A DNA stretch of 64,000 bases from a virus, in the IMG/VR virus record IMGVR_UViG_3300034073_003340, positions 356,634-420,633 of that record, one strand, 5' to 3'. Below, piece after piece: positions 1 to 8,619 of the stretch. The notes under the pieces were generated by a model. It saw only the letters and a program-made list of their open reading frames with translations. It had not been told where the DNA came from and did no database searches. Each line of letters opens with the position of its first letter. Within the stretch, counting starts at the first letter, position 1. The translations under genes and the position numbers were made by a program.

Positions 1-572
1 CGAGCAAGACCATAAAACAGACGAGCATCGATTGGACAATTGGGGAAACGCTTGCGAAGATACGTCAAAGCTTCCTCAGTTGGACCATGTCCAACCTGCT
101 TCCAAGCATTGGTTAAATTACTGATGTGACTCATAGCACCAGGACGCTTTTTATCTGCTAGTGAATTTCCACAAGGCGTTACACCCGCACGGGCACAGGC
201 CGAAGCCAAAGCCAAGGTATCAGGATCCTGCTGGATTAGCAGATTACGGTACATGTCATACTTGCTAACCGGTTTCTGATTGGAGTTGATCGCAATAAAC
301 TGCTGACTCTGAAGTGCTACTGCCTGGGTGGCAGAGAGGCCAGCCGGCATTTCCATGACATAAACTTTGATTTTAGGAATCTTGGCCAAATATGCGCCAA
401 CACAAGTATGTTGCCCGTCAGTAATCAAAATCTTACCGTTGGAGTCAATGAAGCCGCTGGGGATTTTCATCTTCATAAAGCTGAATGCCTGGCCAATCTT
501 AGTGGCGTGTGGTACATTCAAATTGCGCTGATAGCTATGATCCAGATGGAGTTCTGCAGGATCAACATCCAT
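1..572 (-). CDS. Partial ORF (C-terminus lies beyond the window start) with a ParB/Srx-fold DGQHR-type domain, DndB/DUF262-like. An upstream SD+ATG at 681 is in another frame.
   Basis: Hand translation of the minus strand gives an open frame from 572 to position 1 containing DHSYQRNL and ILITDGQHTCVGA (DGQHR/DGQQR-like motif). It is absent from the ORF track because it runs off the window. Confidence 0.35.
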   Translation of the reverse strand, partial: MDVDPAELHLDHSYQRNLNVPHATKIGQAFSFMKMKIPSGFIDSNGKILITDGQHTCVGAYLAKIPKIKVYVMEMPAGLSATQAVALQSQQFIAINSNQKPVSKYDMYRNLLIQQDPDTLALASACARAGVTPCGNSLADKKRPGAMSHISNLTNAWKQVGHGPTEEALTYLRKRFPNCPIDARLFYGLA

Positions 573-821
573 GATGATCCCAGCGTTACCTGGATTTACA
601 TAGTTCAGATTGATAACGAGTTTGTGCTGTGCGGCAAGATCCGCGATAGAAATGGTATTCTGGTTGGTTACAGCGTTCATGGCTGGTCCTCCCTTTCTTT
701 AAGCGAGAATGTTTTTGTTTTTCAAAAGCGCCGTCTAATTCGGATCAGGACCGCTCCCTCGGGCTGTCCTCACTTTCTTATCACCAGTTATACTATTTCT
801 GGTTAGGGGAGTCAAAATAGA

Positions 822-846
822 AAAGGCGACCCAAGGGTCGCCTTTT
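822..846 (-). terminator. GC-rich hairpin (AAAGGCGACC-caag-GGTCGCCTTTT) followed by a T-run on both strands
   Basis: Perfect 10-bp stem with a 4-nt loop, flanked by T-rich sequence. Confidence 0.5.
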
Positions 847-1031
847 CGAGAGTCCTAAATATGCGCCATGCTAACTCTTCTGCATGTCTGGTTGTTGCGC
901 CGCAGTTACACCCTCTCGAGGAGTCGCAGAACAATTCCGAAGCCATACACCGGAAAGGGGAACCAGAACCCAACGCTGACTACAGCGTTCTTTTATATTT
1001 CATATTGGTAGAAGTCTATAATTCAAAAATT

Positions 1032-1058
1032 GGAGAAAGGTAGAAGGCACCTTTCTCC
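1032..1058 (-). terminator. Rho-independent terminator of the minus-strand gene 1067..1879
   Basis: GGAGAAAGG-tagaaggca-CCTTTCTCC stem-loop, followed on the minus strand by TTTTTGAAT. Confidence 0.6.
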
Positions 1059-1066
1059 AATTTCAA

Positions 1067-1879
1067 TTAAGCAGTGACTTCGTAAGTGAAGACAATCTGG
1101 TCAGCCGCATCTAGCGTATAGCCCAACACACCAGTGTTGAAGGTAACAACTTTGGTTGTTCCATTATAAGCATAAAGTTCTGATTTGACCGTCAATCCGT
1201 TTAAATGGACGATGATAGATGCTGGAATTGTTTTGTCAGCAAGAACAAAAGTCTGAGAGCCATTAAACTCACTGCGAGTCTGAGTTACTTTTGCTGCTTC
1301 AGTGGCAGCAGTAACCGCGCCAACTGTGGCAATTTCAAGATCTGGATCTGTGGCATCACTAGCATAGTAGATTTTACCAGTGCCACCACCATTGAGGAAA
1401 AGGTTTCCTGAACCAGCGCCACCAAGGAGAGCAAGGTCTTCGTCATCGTCAGCTTGGATGATACCGCCGCCAGCATTACCGATGATGACTTCACCGTTAC
1501 CCTGTGGGGCAATTACGATATCAATGTCAGCTTCGGTTCCCTTGGCCGCCACAGTTAGTCGACCGGTTTCGCCACTGAATTCAAAATTTTCATCGGTAGT
1601 GACGCCGCTCTTGAAAGTAGCAAAGTCCACAGCCTCAGTACCGTCAACATTTTCAACTGCGATCTTTACACCAGTTTCATCAGCGGCAGTGATTTTGTTG
1701 AAGGTGTTGATGCTATTGAGATGATCGTTAACCGACCATACAGGTGATCCACTAACCACACGAAGGACCTGATCGTCCTTACCAGAAGCACTGATGGTAG
1801 TGCCAGTTCCGCCTACGCCACCAATAAGCAGCGCGCCTGCTTCTGGTAGCTTTAGCTGTTTTGCTTTTAGCTGAGACAT
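1067..1879 (-). CDS. Glycine-rich, beta-rich protein; putative virion structural or fibre protein
   Basis: 270 aa with repeated GGxGG/GTGTT tracts and low complexity typical of tail-fibre or decoration proteins. No specific family recognised. Confidence 0.4.
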   Translation of the reverse strand: MSQLKAKQLKLPEAGALLIGGVGGTGTTISASGKDDQVLRVVSGSPVWSVNDHLNSINTFNKITAADETGVKIAVENVDGTEAVDFATFKSGVTTDENFEFSGETGRLTVAAKGTEADIDIVIAPQGNGEVIIGNAGGGIIQADDDEDLALLGGAGSGNLFLNGGGTGKIYYASDATDPDLEIATVGAVTAATEAAKVTQTRSEFNGSQTFVLADKTIPASIIVHLNGLTVKSELYAYNGTTKVVTFNTGVLGYTLDAADQIVFTYEVTA

Positions 1880-1964
1880 AAATTTCCTCCTACAGGATCA
1901 GTAATCGTATTTATTCTAACTGAGTTGAGGAAATTTATGAAAGAGCTGGATTTGGTCCAAAATA

Positions 1965-2321
1965 TCAAAAAGGCTTTGCTAGCTTGAACAAGCTGTTGAA
2001 CTGTAGAATTGCCTGACAAATAGCATGGGGCAAAGTGGTTCCTTTTGAACCAAAGTTGATTCCAGGAACCTGAGGATGTGTAATGGTCACGGACCAAGAA
2101 AGATCATCTTCGGCCTTGATCGCAAACGCGCATCCGGCAGCTTTATACCGTGATACCAATGAATGCGCTGTGGAGGTATCGGTACTATAAGGAGGAACAG
2201 AAACAAACTTTCTGTTTTCCATGTCACGAAGCTGAAAGGAGCCAGTCTCGGTGTCATGTATTACCACAACACCGAGAATTTTTCTGGCCACTTCAGCATC
2301 TAGTTCAGGACCAGGTAGCAT
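1965..2321 (-). CDS. Hypothetical protein
   Basis: 118-aa ORF, co-directional with and abutting the S21-like gene. Confidence 0.35.
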   Translation of the reverse strand: MLPGPELDAEVARKILGVVVIHDTETGSFQLRDMENRKFVSVPPYSTDTSTAHSLVSRYKAAGCAFAIKAEDDLSWSVTITHPQVPGINFGSKGTTLPHAICQAILQFNSLFKLAKPF

Positions 2322-2584
2322 CAGCTTTCCTGAAGACGATTCTTTTTCTTCTGACGGCGGACCGCTTCCTGACGCTTTTTACGAGCCACCTGACCCTTGG
2401 TCTCAGCATACTCCTTGCGGCGCATGTCCCTGATAAGACCTTCCTGGACTACTCGACGCTTGAGGGTCCTCATAGCAGAATCCAAATTCTTCAGAGCCTG
2501 CTCAGGGGTAAAAGCCGGCTTGACCTCGACCGCTAGTCCACGCTTGTGAATATCGCGACCGTTACCATTATAGTGTTGTCCCAC
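2321..2584 (-). CDS. rpsU: Ribosomal protein S21-like (bS21)
   Basis: The basic 87-aa protein aligns to bacterial S21: VEVKPAFTPEQALKNL...LKRR...EGLIRDMRRKEYAETKGQVARKKRQEAVRR versus IKVRENEPFDVALRRFKR...[29 protein letters not shown]. Phage-encoded S21 is known from marine myophages. Confidence 0.55.
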   Translation of the reverse strand: MGQHYNGNGRDIHKRGLAVEVKPAFTPEQALKNLDSAMRTLKRRVVQEGLIRDMRRKEYAETKGQVARKKRQEAVRRQKKKNRLQES

Positions 2585-2656
2585 GCTGGGATCTCCTGTT
2601 TGTAGTTAACTTAGATACTTTACTTATATCTAGCCAATTCTTCAATATTCAGGTTG

Positions 2657-2674
2657 ACTTTGTGGACACAAAGT
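2657..2674. promoter_or_regulatory. Perfect inverted repeat ACTTTGTG-ga-CACAAAGT overlapping a TTGACT (-35-like) hexamer in the divergent S21/lipoprotein intergenic region
   Basis: 8-bp arms with a 2-nt spacer, seen directly. TTGACT at 2654-2659, and a strong SD (AGAGGAG) before ATG 2703. Confidence 0.35.
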
Positions 2675-2702
2675 TTTACGGAAAACCCGCAGAGGAGATC
2701 TT

Positions 2703-3104
2703 ATGAATAAAATTGCCATGATTGCTGCCGTTAGTTTGGCTCTTACCGCTTGCGGTCCTGAACATATTCGTGACGAAGTTCGTGAAGTGGAAACCGGCGA
2801 TACTATCGTCTCCGATGGTTGGACGGACGTCGTTTTCCAAGGAGAAACGGATCCCAAGGTATCAGATCCAAACGCCCTGGCACTTCTCGATGAAAATAGC
2901 GATCCCGAACTGTATGTGAAAATCAAGGATATCAGCACGGGAGAGGAATTCAAAGTCTGGCTGGGGTATGAATGTAATAGATTCCCAATCCCCAAGGGTG
3001 CGAGATTCTTGGCGAAATTTGATATCATGGCGTATGAAAAATCCCCCAAGGAACTCTATATTCGCCCATACAGTGAACCAATCAACAAATATCTTTGCTC
3101 CTGA
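2703..3104 (+). CDS. Lipoprotein (signal peptide plus lipobox LTAC)
   Basis: N-terminus MNKIAMIAAVSLALTAC-G: hydrophobic h-region followed by a lipobox cysteine. Confidence 0.6.
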   Translation: MNKIAMIAAVSLALTACGPEHIRDEVREVETGDTIVSDGWTDVVFQGETDPKVSDPNALALLDENSDPELYVKIKDISTGEEFKVWLGYECNRFPIPKGARFLAKFDIMAYEKSPKELYIRPYSEPINKYLCS

Positions 3105-3706
3105 TCCTCTTTGAAAATTCGTCACGAATCAAGGTAGTTGATTCGAGTTCATTGATTTGAACGGAATGAACGAACTAGTGAGTGAATGTTGATCTTGCAG
3201 TAGGCGTGAAAGCCACACCTTTATCCCCCATTACGATACTGACATAAAAGTGTCATTGTTTCGTAATGAGGGATTCAGTGTCTTGCAGTTAGAGGCTGTC
3301 AGAGCACACCTTGAAACTGACGCTGAATAAATTCAGCACCGGGGTCACATTGTCGGTCTTACGGTCAGGAATCCTGGGGTAGTGGCGGCGTCCCAGTCAC
3401 ACGTTTCAAGTCGCATGAGCTGGGCAAAGAGGTGGTCGGAGTGGACCAGAACTCTTATCCAGGGGGTTCCTTGCGTTGTTTATACTGGCGCCAGACATAA
3501 CCTTTTCAACTCCTTGCGGAGGAGGCTGTCACCCCATGCTATGGCTCCTCACCATAGCTGATCTTCCAGTTTGCGCCTAGCCGCTCCCATCCCGTCTTCT
3601 TCCGGGCAAGGTATGGATGATGCTAGGTTGTTGGTGTCCTATTTACGGACGTTGAGTATAGGAATAACGTACTGGGTAATCCAGAGTCAGTATTATTCTA
3701 AACCAG
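3105..3706. other. About 600-bp ORF-free, GC-richer, stem-loop-rich segment; candidate structured ncRNA or decayed insert
   Basis: No ORF of 60 aa or more on either strand in a gene-dense genome. Several hairpins, e.g. CCCCATTACGA...TCGTAATGAGGG, GCTATGG-ctcctca-CCATAGC and GACA-taaaag-TGTC. Confidence 0.3.
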
Positions 3707-4396
3707 TTAGCTGATTTTTCCGAGCATGAATTGACCAAAAGTCTTCATGTCGGGAAGCTGGTGTTCCAGCCAGTCATTGAATCGTTGTATCTGTTCCTGG
3801 CGACGAATATCAGAAGTCTGTTTGATATGTTCAACGCAGCCCACGACTACAGCATAACATTGCGAGATGTCCTCAATACGCGCCCTATGAACGCCAGTGA
3901 GAACCATGTCCACTGTCACTATATCAAGAGCTTGCTCTTCGCGGACTTCGTTAGCAAGGGCGTCTAAACGCTCCTCAAAGGTAGTGCCGTCGAGAAACTC
4001 GATCGGCCAAGGATAGTGAGCAATCAGCTCAAACGTTTCTTCCTTGTATCCCAGCTTGGTTCCAATGCCTATACGCTCTTCAAGCCGAGCCATACGTGCC
4101 TCGGTCTTTTCATTGGCGTCGAATTCAATTTGATGATAATTCAACAACAGCTGAAAAGCGTAAACCTGTAAATCGGGATGAAGCCCTCCCAACCAAAGCG
4201 CGAAATTGTTGACCTTTAGATCAACCTCGGCAAAATCCATACCGGTGGTAAAATCTTCTAGAAGTATCTTACCAATCTTGTTGATAACCCGAACTTGATC
4301 GTCCAGAGACATAGCCTTTTCAGGGAACTTGCCTTTGAGGATTTTCTTAGCTTTTCCCATAAGATCTCCTATGTCAACGTGAGTTATGTCTAACAT
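3707..4396 (-). CDS. Hypothetical protein
   Basis: 229-aa ORF, no recognised motif. Confidence 0.45.
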   Translation of the reverse strand: MLDITHVDIGDLMGKAKKILKGKFPEKAMSLDDQVRVINKIGKILLEDFTTGMDFAEVDLKVNNFALWLGGLHPDLQVYAFQLLLNYHQIEFDANEKTEARMARLEERIGIGTKLGYKEETFELIAHYPWPIEFLDGTTFEERLDALANEVREEQALDIVTVDMVLTGVHRARIEDISQCYAVVVGCVEHIKQTSDIRRQEQIQRFNDWLEHQLPDMKTFGQFMLGKIS

Positions 4397-4579
4397 AGGA
4401 GATCATGACGTCAACCATTTAATCCTTCTTCAAAGCCTAGGTTCCAATAGATATATTCTTCAGAACCTCTTGAATAGGGATTGTGAGCAAGGGAATCACA
4501 TCCTAGTCTGACAGCGGTTCCTGCTAGCCAGCCAGCATGTTTAGCCTGTGATAATGTCTTGGAGTCAGATGCGTCTTTT

Positions 4580-5047
4580 TTATGCCTCTCGGTCAAGCCT
4601 ACCGAGCAACTCCCCAAATAGCTCTTCTGTATCACTTGGCACCTCATAGGCCAGCGCAAGACGTAATGTGTCAAGCAAAATACACCGATCTGAAATTATG
4701 CCACTAGTTCTATCAAGCATACCTTGGAGAAGAAACGATACTACTTTGAAATCGCTAGCCGTTTTATCTTCCAACATATCTACGCCGTTGGCTATCAGAA
4801 GAGCTTCCAATTGCCGATATATTGGGGTAGCCGGAACTCCTTTTGCTATTTTCTTGTTTGTTACCAGTTTGATAACATTATCTTCATTATGATTAGCGGG
4901 TTCGATTTTTGACGACACATTTTCCCGCTCGGAGCTCAATTGAACCCCGAACAAATTTACTACTTTGGTGTTCACAAGGGCTCCTGTAATAACGCAATTG
5001 GATAAAGGATATTTGGATAGCGACCCCCAATCATCCATATAACACAA
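4580..5047 (-). CDS. Hypothetical protein
   Basis: 155-aa ORF. It overlaps the small ORF 4411..4674, whose start is uncertain. Confidence 0.4.
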   Translation of the reverse strand: MCYMDDWGSLSKYPLSNCVITGALVNTKVVNLFGVQLSSERENVSSKIEPANHNEDNVIKLVTNKKIAKGVPATPIYRQLEALLIANGVDMLEDKTASDFKVVSFLLQGMLDRTSGIISDRCILLDTLRLALAYEVPSDTEELFGELLGRLDREA

Positions 5048-5211
5048 CGTGGCCCCTCCGCCGTTGCGCTATTAAGCAAAGCTATAGAAAACGGTTTTTC
5101 CTTTCAAGCAAAAAGTTACGCAGAGGTTAAATTTGTCAGTGGATAACTCCAGTAAATCGCAAGTCCTTTTGTAGAGCCAAGGAAATAGCGTTACTTACAT
5201 GGAGATAGGTT

Positions 5212-5245
5212 ATGAAGTCTAATAACAAATGTTATTAGACTTCAT
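5212..5245. terminator. Perfect 15-bp-stem hairpin (ATGAAGTCTAATAAC-aaat-GTTATTAGACTTCAT) downstream of the clpX-infC operon
   Basis: Seen directly; it lies 90 nt past the infC stop on the minus strand. No strong T-run follows, so it may be a processing or protein-binding site rather than an intrinsic terminator. Confidence 0.4.
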
Positions 5246-5334
5246 AGAATACAGAATTTAGGATATGTTTTATACAAGCTTTGCTTGCTTGAAAAGCATA
5301 TAAACAAAGCTTTATATCTGCTTAGTTCTGCAGA

Positions 5335-5910
5335 TTACTTCTTAGGTAGTGGAGCAATGATAGCAAAAAGCTGGCGCTCGCTTCGAACCACCGGACGTTC
5401 AAACTTGTAATCCGTGAGAGCATCGCAGAATTCCCGCATCACGTTTGCTCCCACATCCAAATGGGTAATCTCACGCCCTTTGAACTTCATGACAATTTTG
5501 ACCTTGTCGCCATCTTCAAGAAAGCTTTGGGCGCGGCGTGCTTTGACCTTGAGATCATTGCTGTCAGTTGTAGGACGAAGTTGAATTTCTTTGAGCTCAA
5601 CTCTGGCCTCTCGGGCTTTTGCTTTGTTTTCCTTCTCTTTACGGCTCTGCTCATATTTGAACCGCCCGTAATCGAGAATCTTACATACTGGAACTCCATC
5701 GGCAATATTAATTGCCACTAGATCCAGACCTGCTGCGCTCGCTCGACGTCTTGCTTCGATGGTGGGTATAATGCCTACCTGCTCGCCAGAGTCAGCAATG
5801 AGACGAACCTCCCTTGCTCGGATTTGATCGTTCACCGCATATTGAAAATTCAAAGTCGTTATTCCTTTCTGTTGCCAAGCTATCCTATGATAGAAATTTC
5901 TTGGTGTCAA
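5335..5910 (-). CDS. infC: Translation initiation factor IF-3
   Basis: Strong full-length similarity to bacterial IF-3 across both domains: IRAREVRLI..GEQVGII, AGLDLVAI...PVCKILDYGRFKYEQ, IQLRPTTD.NDLKVK.R....FLEDGDKVKIVMKFKGRE. It carries an N-terminal extension of about 25 aa. Confidence 0.85.
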   Translation of the reverse strand: MTPRNFYHRIAWQQKGITTLNFQYAVNDQIRAREVRLIADSGEQVGIIPTIEARRRASAAGLDLVAINIADGVPVCKILDYGRFKYEQSRKEKENKAKAREARVELKEIQLRPTTDSNDLKVKARRAQSFLEDGDKVKIVMKFKGREITHLDVGANVMREFCDALTDYKFERPVVRSERQLFAIIAPLPKK

Positions 5911-7164
5911 TTACTCGTTAGCTGCCTTGGTATCAAATACTACCAAGGGCTCACACTTTCCTTCAATTACATCGGCGGTTACCCTGACCGTATGTGCGCC
6001 CTGTTCCTTTAGATCCGGAAGATCATATTGTACTCGAATAAGGCGTTTCTCAATAACAGACCTAAGACCTCTGGCTCCTGTCTTACGAGAAATAGCATCT
6101 TTTGCTACTGCGCGAAGAGCCTCCTCGTCGAACTCCAGAGATACTTCTTCGAGACTAAACATCTTCTGAAATTGCTTTACCAAGGAATTCTTGGGTTCAG
6201 TTAGAACCTGAACCAGTTGATCCTGATCCAACTCTTCAAGACTGGTGATAACGGGAAGTCGTCCCACGAGTTCAGGAATCAAACCAAATTTTGTTAGGTC
6301 CTCTGGTTCAACAGCTGATAGAACTTTGTTTGATTCGCTCTTTTCCTGTTCAGTCTGAACGTTGGCTCCAAAACCAATTGATCCCTTGTTTTTATTCTGT
6401 CGCTTGTTGATGATTTCGTCCAGACCCACAAATGCCCCACCAACAATGAACAGAATATTCTTGGTATTCACAATGGCCATTTCCGCATTAGGGTGTTTGC
6501 GATTGCCTGTGACTGGAACTCGAACTTCGCTTCCTTCGATGATCTTCAAAAGAGCTTGCTGAACTCCTTCACCCGAGACATCACGGGAGATGCTCGCACT
6601 GTCGCCCCTCTTGGCTTTTTTATCAACTTCGTCGAGATAAACGATGCCTCTTTCGGCCTTTGCTATATCATTGTCACAGACCTGGAGAAGGCGAGAAATG
6701 ATAGTTTCCACATCATCGCCCACATATCCAGATTCAGTCAAAGACGTGGCATCAGCAATAGTAAATGGAACGTCCAACAGCTTGGCGATGCTACGAGCCA
6801 TCAAAGTCTTACCAGAGCCAGTAGGACCAAGGAGTAGAATGTTGGATTTCTCCAGTTCCACGTCGTCAACCACAGGATTAGCAAGTCGCTTATAATGATT
6901 ATGGACCGCGACTGCCATCACCATTTTGGCATCATTTTGACCAATAACATACTGGTCAAGGAACTCTCGGATCTGTCGAGGGCTTGGAATGCTGCCATCT
7001 TTTAGAAGCTTGGCTTCAGCGTTGCTATCCTCTTTTAGAATATCTGCGCAAAGTTGAACACAGTCATTACAGATGAAAACATCTGGACCCGCGATCAACT
7101 TGGTTACCTGTTCTTGACGCTTACCGCAAAAAGAGCAGCTTAGATTTTTCTTATTCTCGCTCAT
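5911..7164 (-). CDS. clpX: ATP-dependent Clp protease ATP-binding subunit ClpX
   Basis: N-terminal C4 zinc finger (CSFCGK...CNDC), Walker A GPTGSGKT, and AAA+ sensor motifs. Length of 417 aa is typical of ClpX. Confidence 0.9.
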   Translation of the reverse strand: MSENKKNLSCSFCGKRQEQVTKLIAGPDVFICNDCVQLCADILKEDSNAEAKLLKDGSIPSPRQIREFLDQYVIGQNDAKMVMAVAVHNHYKRLANPVVDDVELEKSNILLLGPTGSGKTLMARSIAKLLDVPFTIADATSLTESGYVGDDVETIISRLLQVCDNDIAKAERGIVYLDEVDKKAKRGDSASISRDVSGEGVQQALLKIIEGSEVRVPVTGNRKHPNAEMAIVNTKNILFIVGGAFVGLDEIINKRQNKNKGSIGFGANVQTEQEKSESNKVLSAVEPEDLTKFGLIPELVGRLPVITSLEELDQDQLVQVLTEPKNSLVKQFQKMFSLEEVSLEFDEEALRAVAKDAISRKTGARGLRSVIEKRLIRVQYDLPDLKEQGAHTVRVTADVIEGKCEPLVVFDTKAANE

Positions 7165-7254
7165 TCTGACCTCAGAGTAAACAGGGGATGTCTGATATTT
7201 AGTAGGTGTCTATCCATGCTCTGATACTAAGTCCTTGATGTTGAAATCGCATTA

Positions 7255-8535
7255 TTAAAGTCCAGGTCTAGGATTCTGCATAGCAATCGCTACCTGGACA
7301 ATATCATTCACGATGTCTGGATTCATTTCTAGAACCTCTATGATAAGATCCTTGGGATCCTTGCCGTCATCCTGATCATGCCTTTCAGGCTTCCATTCGT
7401 TTATTGCCTGTTGTTGAGCAATGAGATCTTTTTCCCAGTCACTCAAAAGCTGACGGTCGTCGTTTAGTCTAGCTTCCATTTCCAATAATTGCTTATGGGC
7501 AATTCCAAGTGCTTCTTGATCCGCCATAATCTGAGATTTTGCTTTTTCCAGGTTTGAATTCTCTTCAGCAATGACGTTTGACATTTCTAAAATAGAAGCT
7601 TCCAGCTCTTCTTTTTCTTGGAGTATTTTACGCTTGGCATCCTCCAAAGCAAATTCATCCAATCCGTCTGATTCAAGAACAGTCTCTTCAGTTATTGGAC
7701 TATTCTCAATGGTTTCATTTGGTAGTATACCATTTGAGTCAAAAGAATTCTTTGGTGATTCTTCACCACTTTCTTCAGCAAGGATCACATGATCCTTGGA
7801 TCGCCTTTCCTGATAATCCTTGAGAGAGATACTTCCGGCAATGAAGAGCGAAAGGGCCAACGGATCAAAAGCTATCATGATGATTACGATAATGATACGA
7901 ACTGCTGCCTCTGGGTCCCAACCAAACAGCTCTGCTACATATTTTACTGGACCTAGCTTTGCTTCAACTTCAGCACCTTGTGTTTTCAAAGGAACTAGTT
8001 TGGTGTTGAGGTCATTTATGGCAGAATTATTGGCATCAATTTTCTCTTGGATCTTGGCCGACTCTTGTCTTTGGGAATTTGCCGCACGGAGACCTGCGCG
8101 TCCACTGGATTCAAGACTTCTATCGGTAATTCGGCTGATTTGATCCAAACGTGATTGAAGCTGGTCGTTTTCTGTTTGTTTCTGCTTCAGCTGGGTTTCA
8201 AGCTGAGCTACTTGGATATTGATACCAGCCACCGGGGCATTTTGTTCTAGGTGCCCCTTGCTCAGATATCCATATATGCCAAGACTGGTTATAGCCATTA
8301 GAGCGGCAATGAAGACGCAAAACAGACCACGAAAATACCACGGAGCTCTAGGGTTTCTCCAATTAGCATGAACCCACTTCGTTGCTACGATCTTTCCGAC
8401 CTCTAATGTACCAGTCATAACAACCACTCCCCAGAAGGTGGCAGCAAACAATGCGCCCATGCCGACCAAGGAGAAATAAGCGGCAACGCTAGAAATTGCG
8501 GCCGCGATGAAGAAGATTAGAAAAATGAATGCCAT
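7255..8535 (-). CDS. Membrane protein with N-terminal TM helices and a long coiled-coil region
   Basis: Hydrophobic N-terminus, heptad-like QLETQLKQKQTENDQLQ segments, and a second hydrophobic block. Confidence 0.5.
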   Translation of the reverse strand: MAFIFLIFFIAAAISSVAAYFSLVGMGALFAATFWGVVVMTGTLEVGKIVATKWVHANWRNPRAPWYFRGLFCVFIAALMAITSLGIYGYLSKGHLEQNAPVAGINIQVAQLETQLKQKQTENDQLQSRLDQISRITDRSLESSGRAGLRAANSQRQESAKIQEKIDANNSAINDLNTKLVPLKTQGAEVEAKLGPVKYVAELFGWDPEAAVRIIIVIIMIAFDPLALSLFIAGSISLKDYQERRSKDHVILAEESGEESPKNSFDSNGILPNETIENSPITEETVLESDGLDEFALEDAKRKILQEKEELEASILEMSNVIAEENSNLEKAKSQIMADQEALGIAHKQLLEMEARLNDDRQLLSDWEKDLIAQQQAINEWKPERHDQDDGKDPKDLIIEVLEMNPDIVNDIVQVAIAMQNPRPGL

Positions 8536-8619
8536 GTTTTGCCTCTGAGATATCTGATAGTGATACGGACCGCAACCGCGGACTGTCTACTTATCACTAT
8601 CAGATATTATCAGGGTAGT

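Noticed and set aside
408-806. 132-aa plus-strand ORF from the six-frame track
   Set aside because: It is entirely antisense to the protein-like minus-strand ORF (DGQHR/ParB-like), and its translation is low-complexity with no motif. Judged spurious.
5296-5310. CATATAAACA motif, also present at 15393 just upstream of the gp52-like start
   Set aside because: It resembles a T4-type late promoter (TATAAATA) only loosely. The 5296 copy has no downstream plus-strand gene, and two occurrences are too few to call a promoter class.
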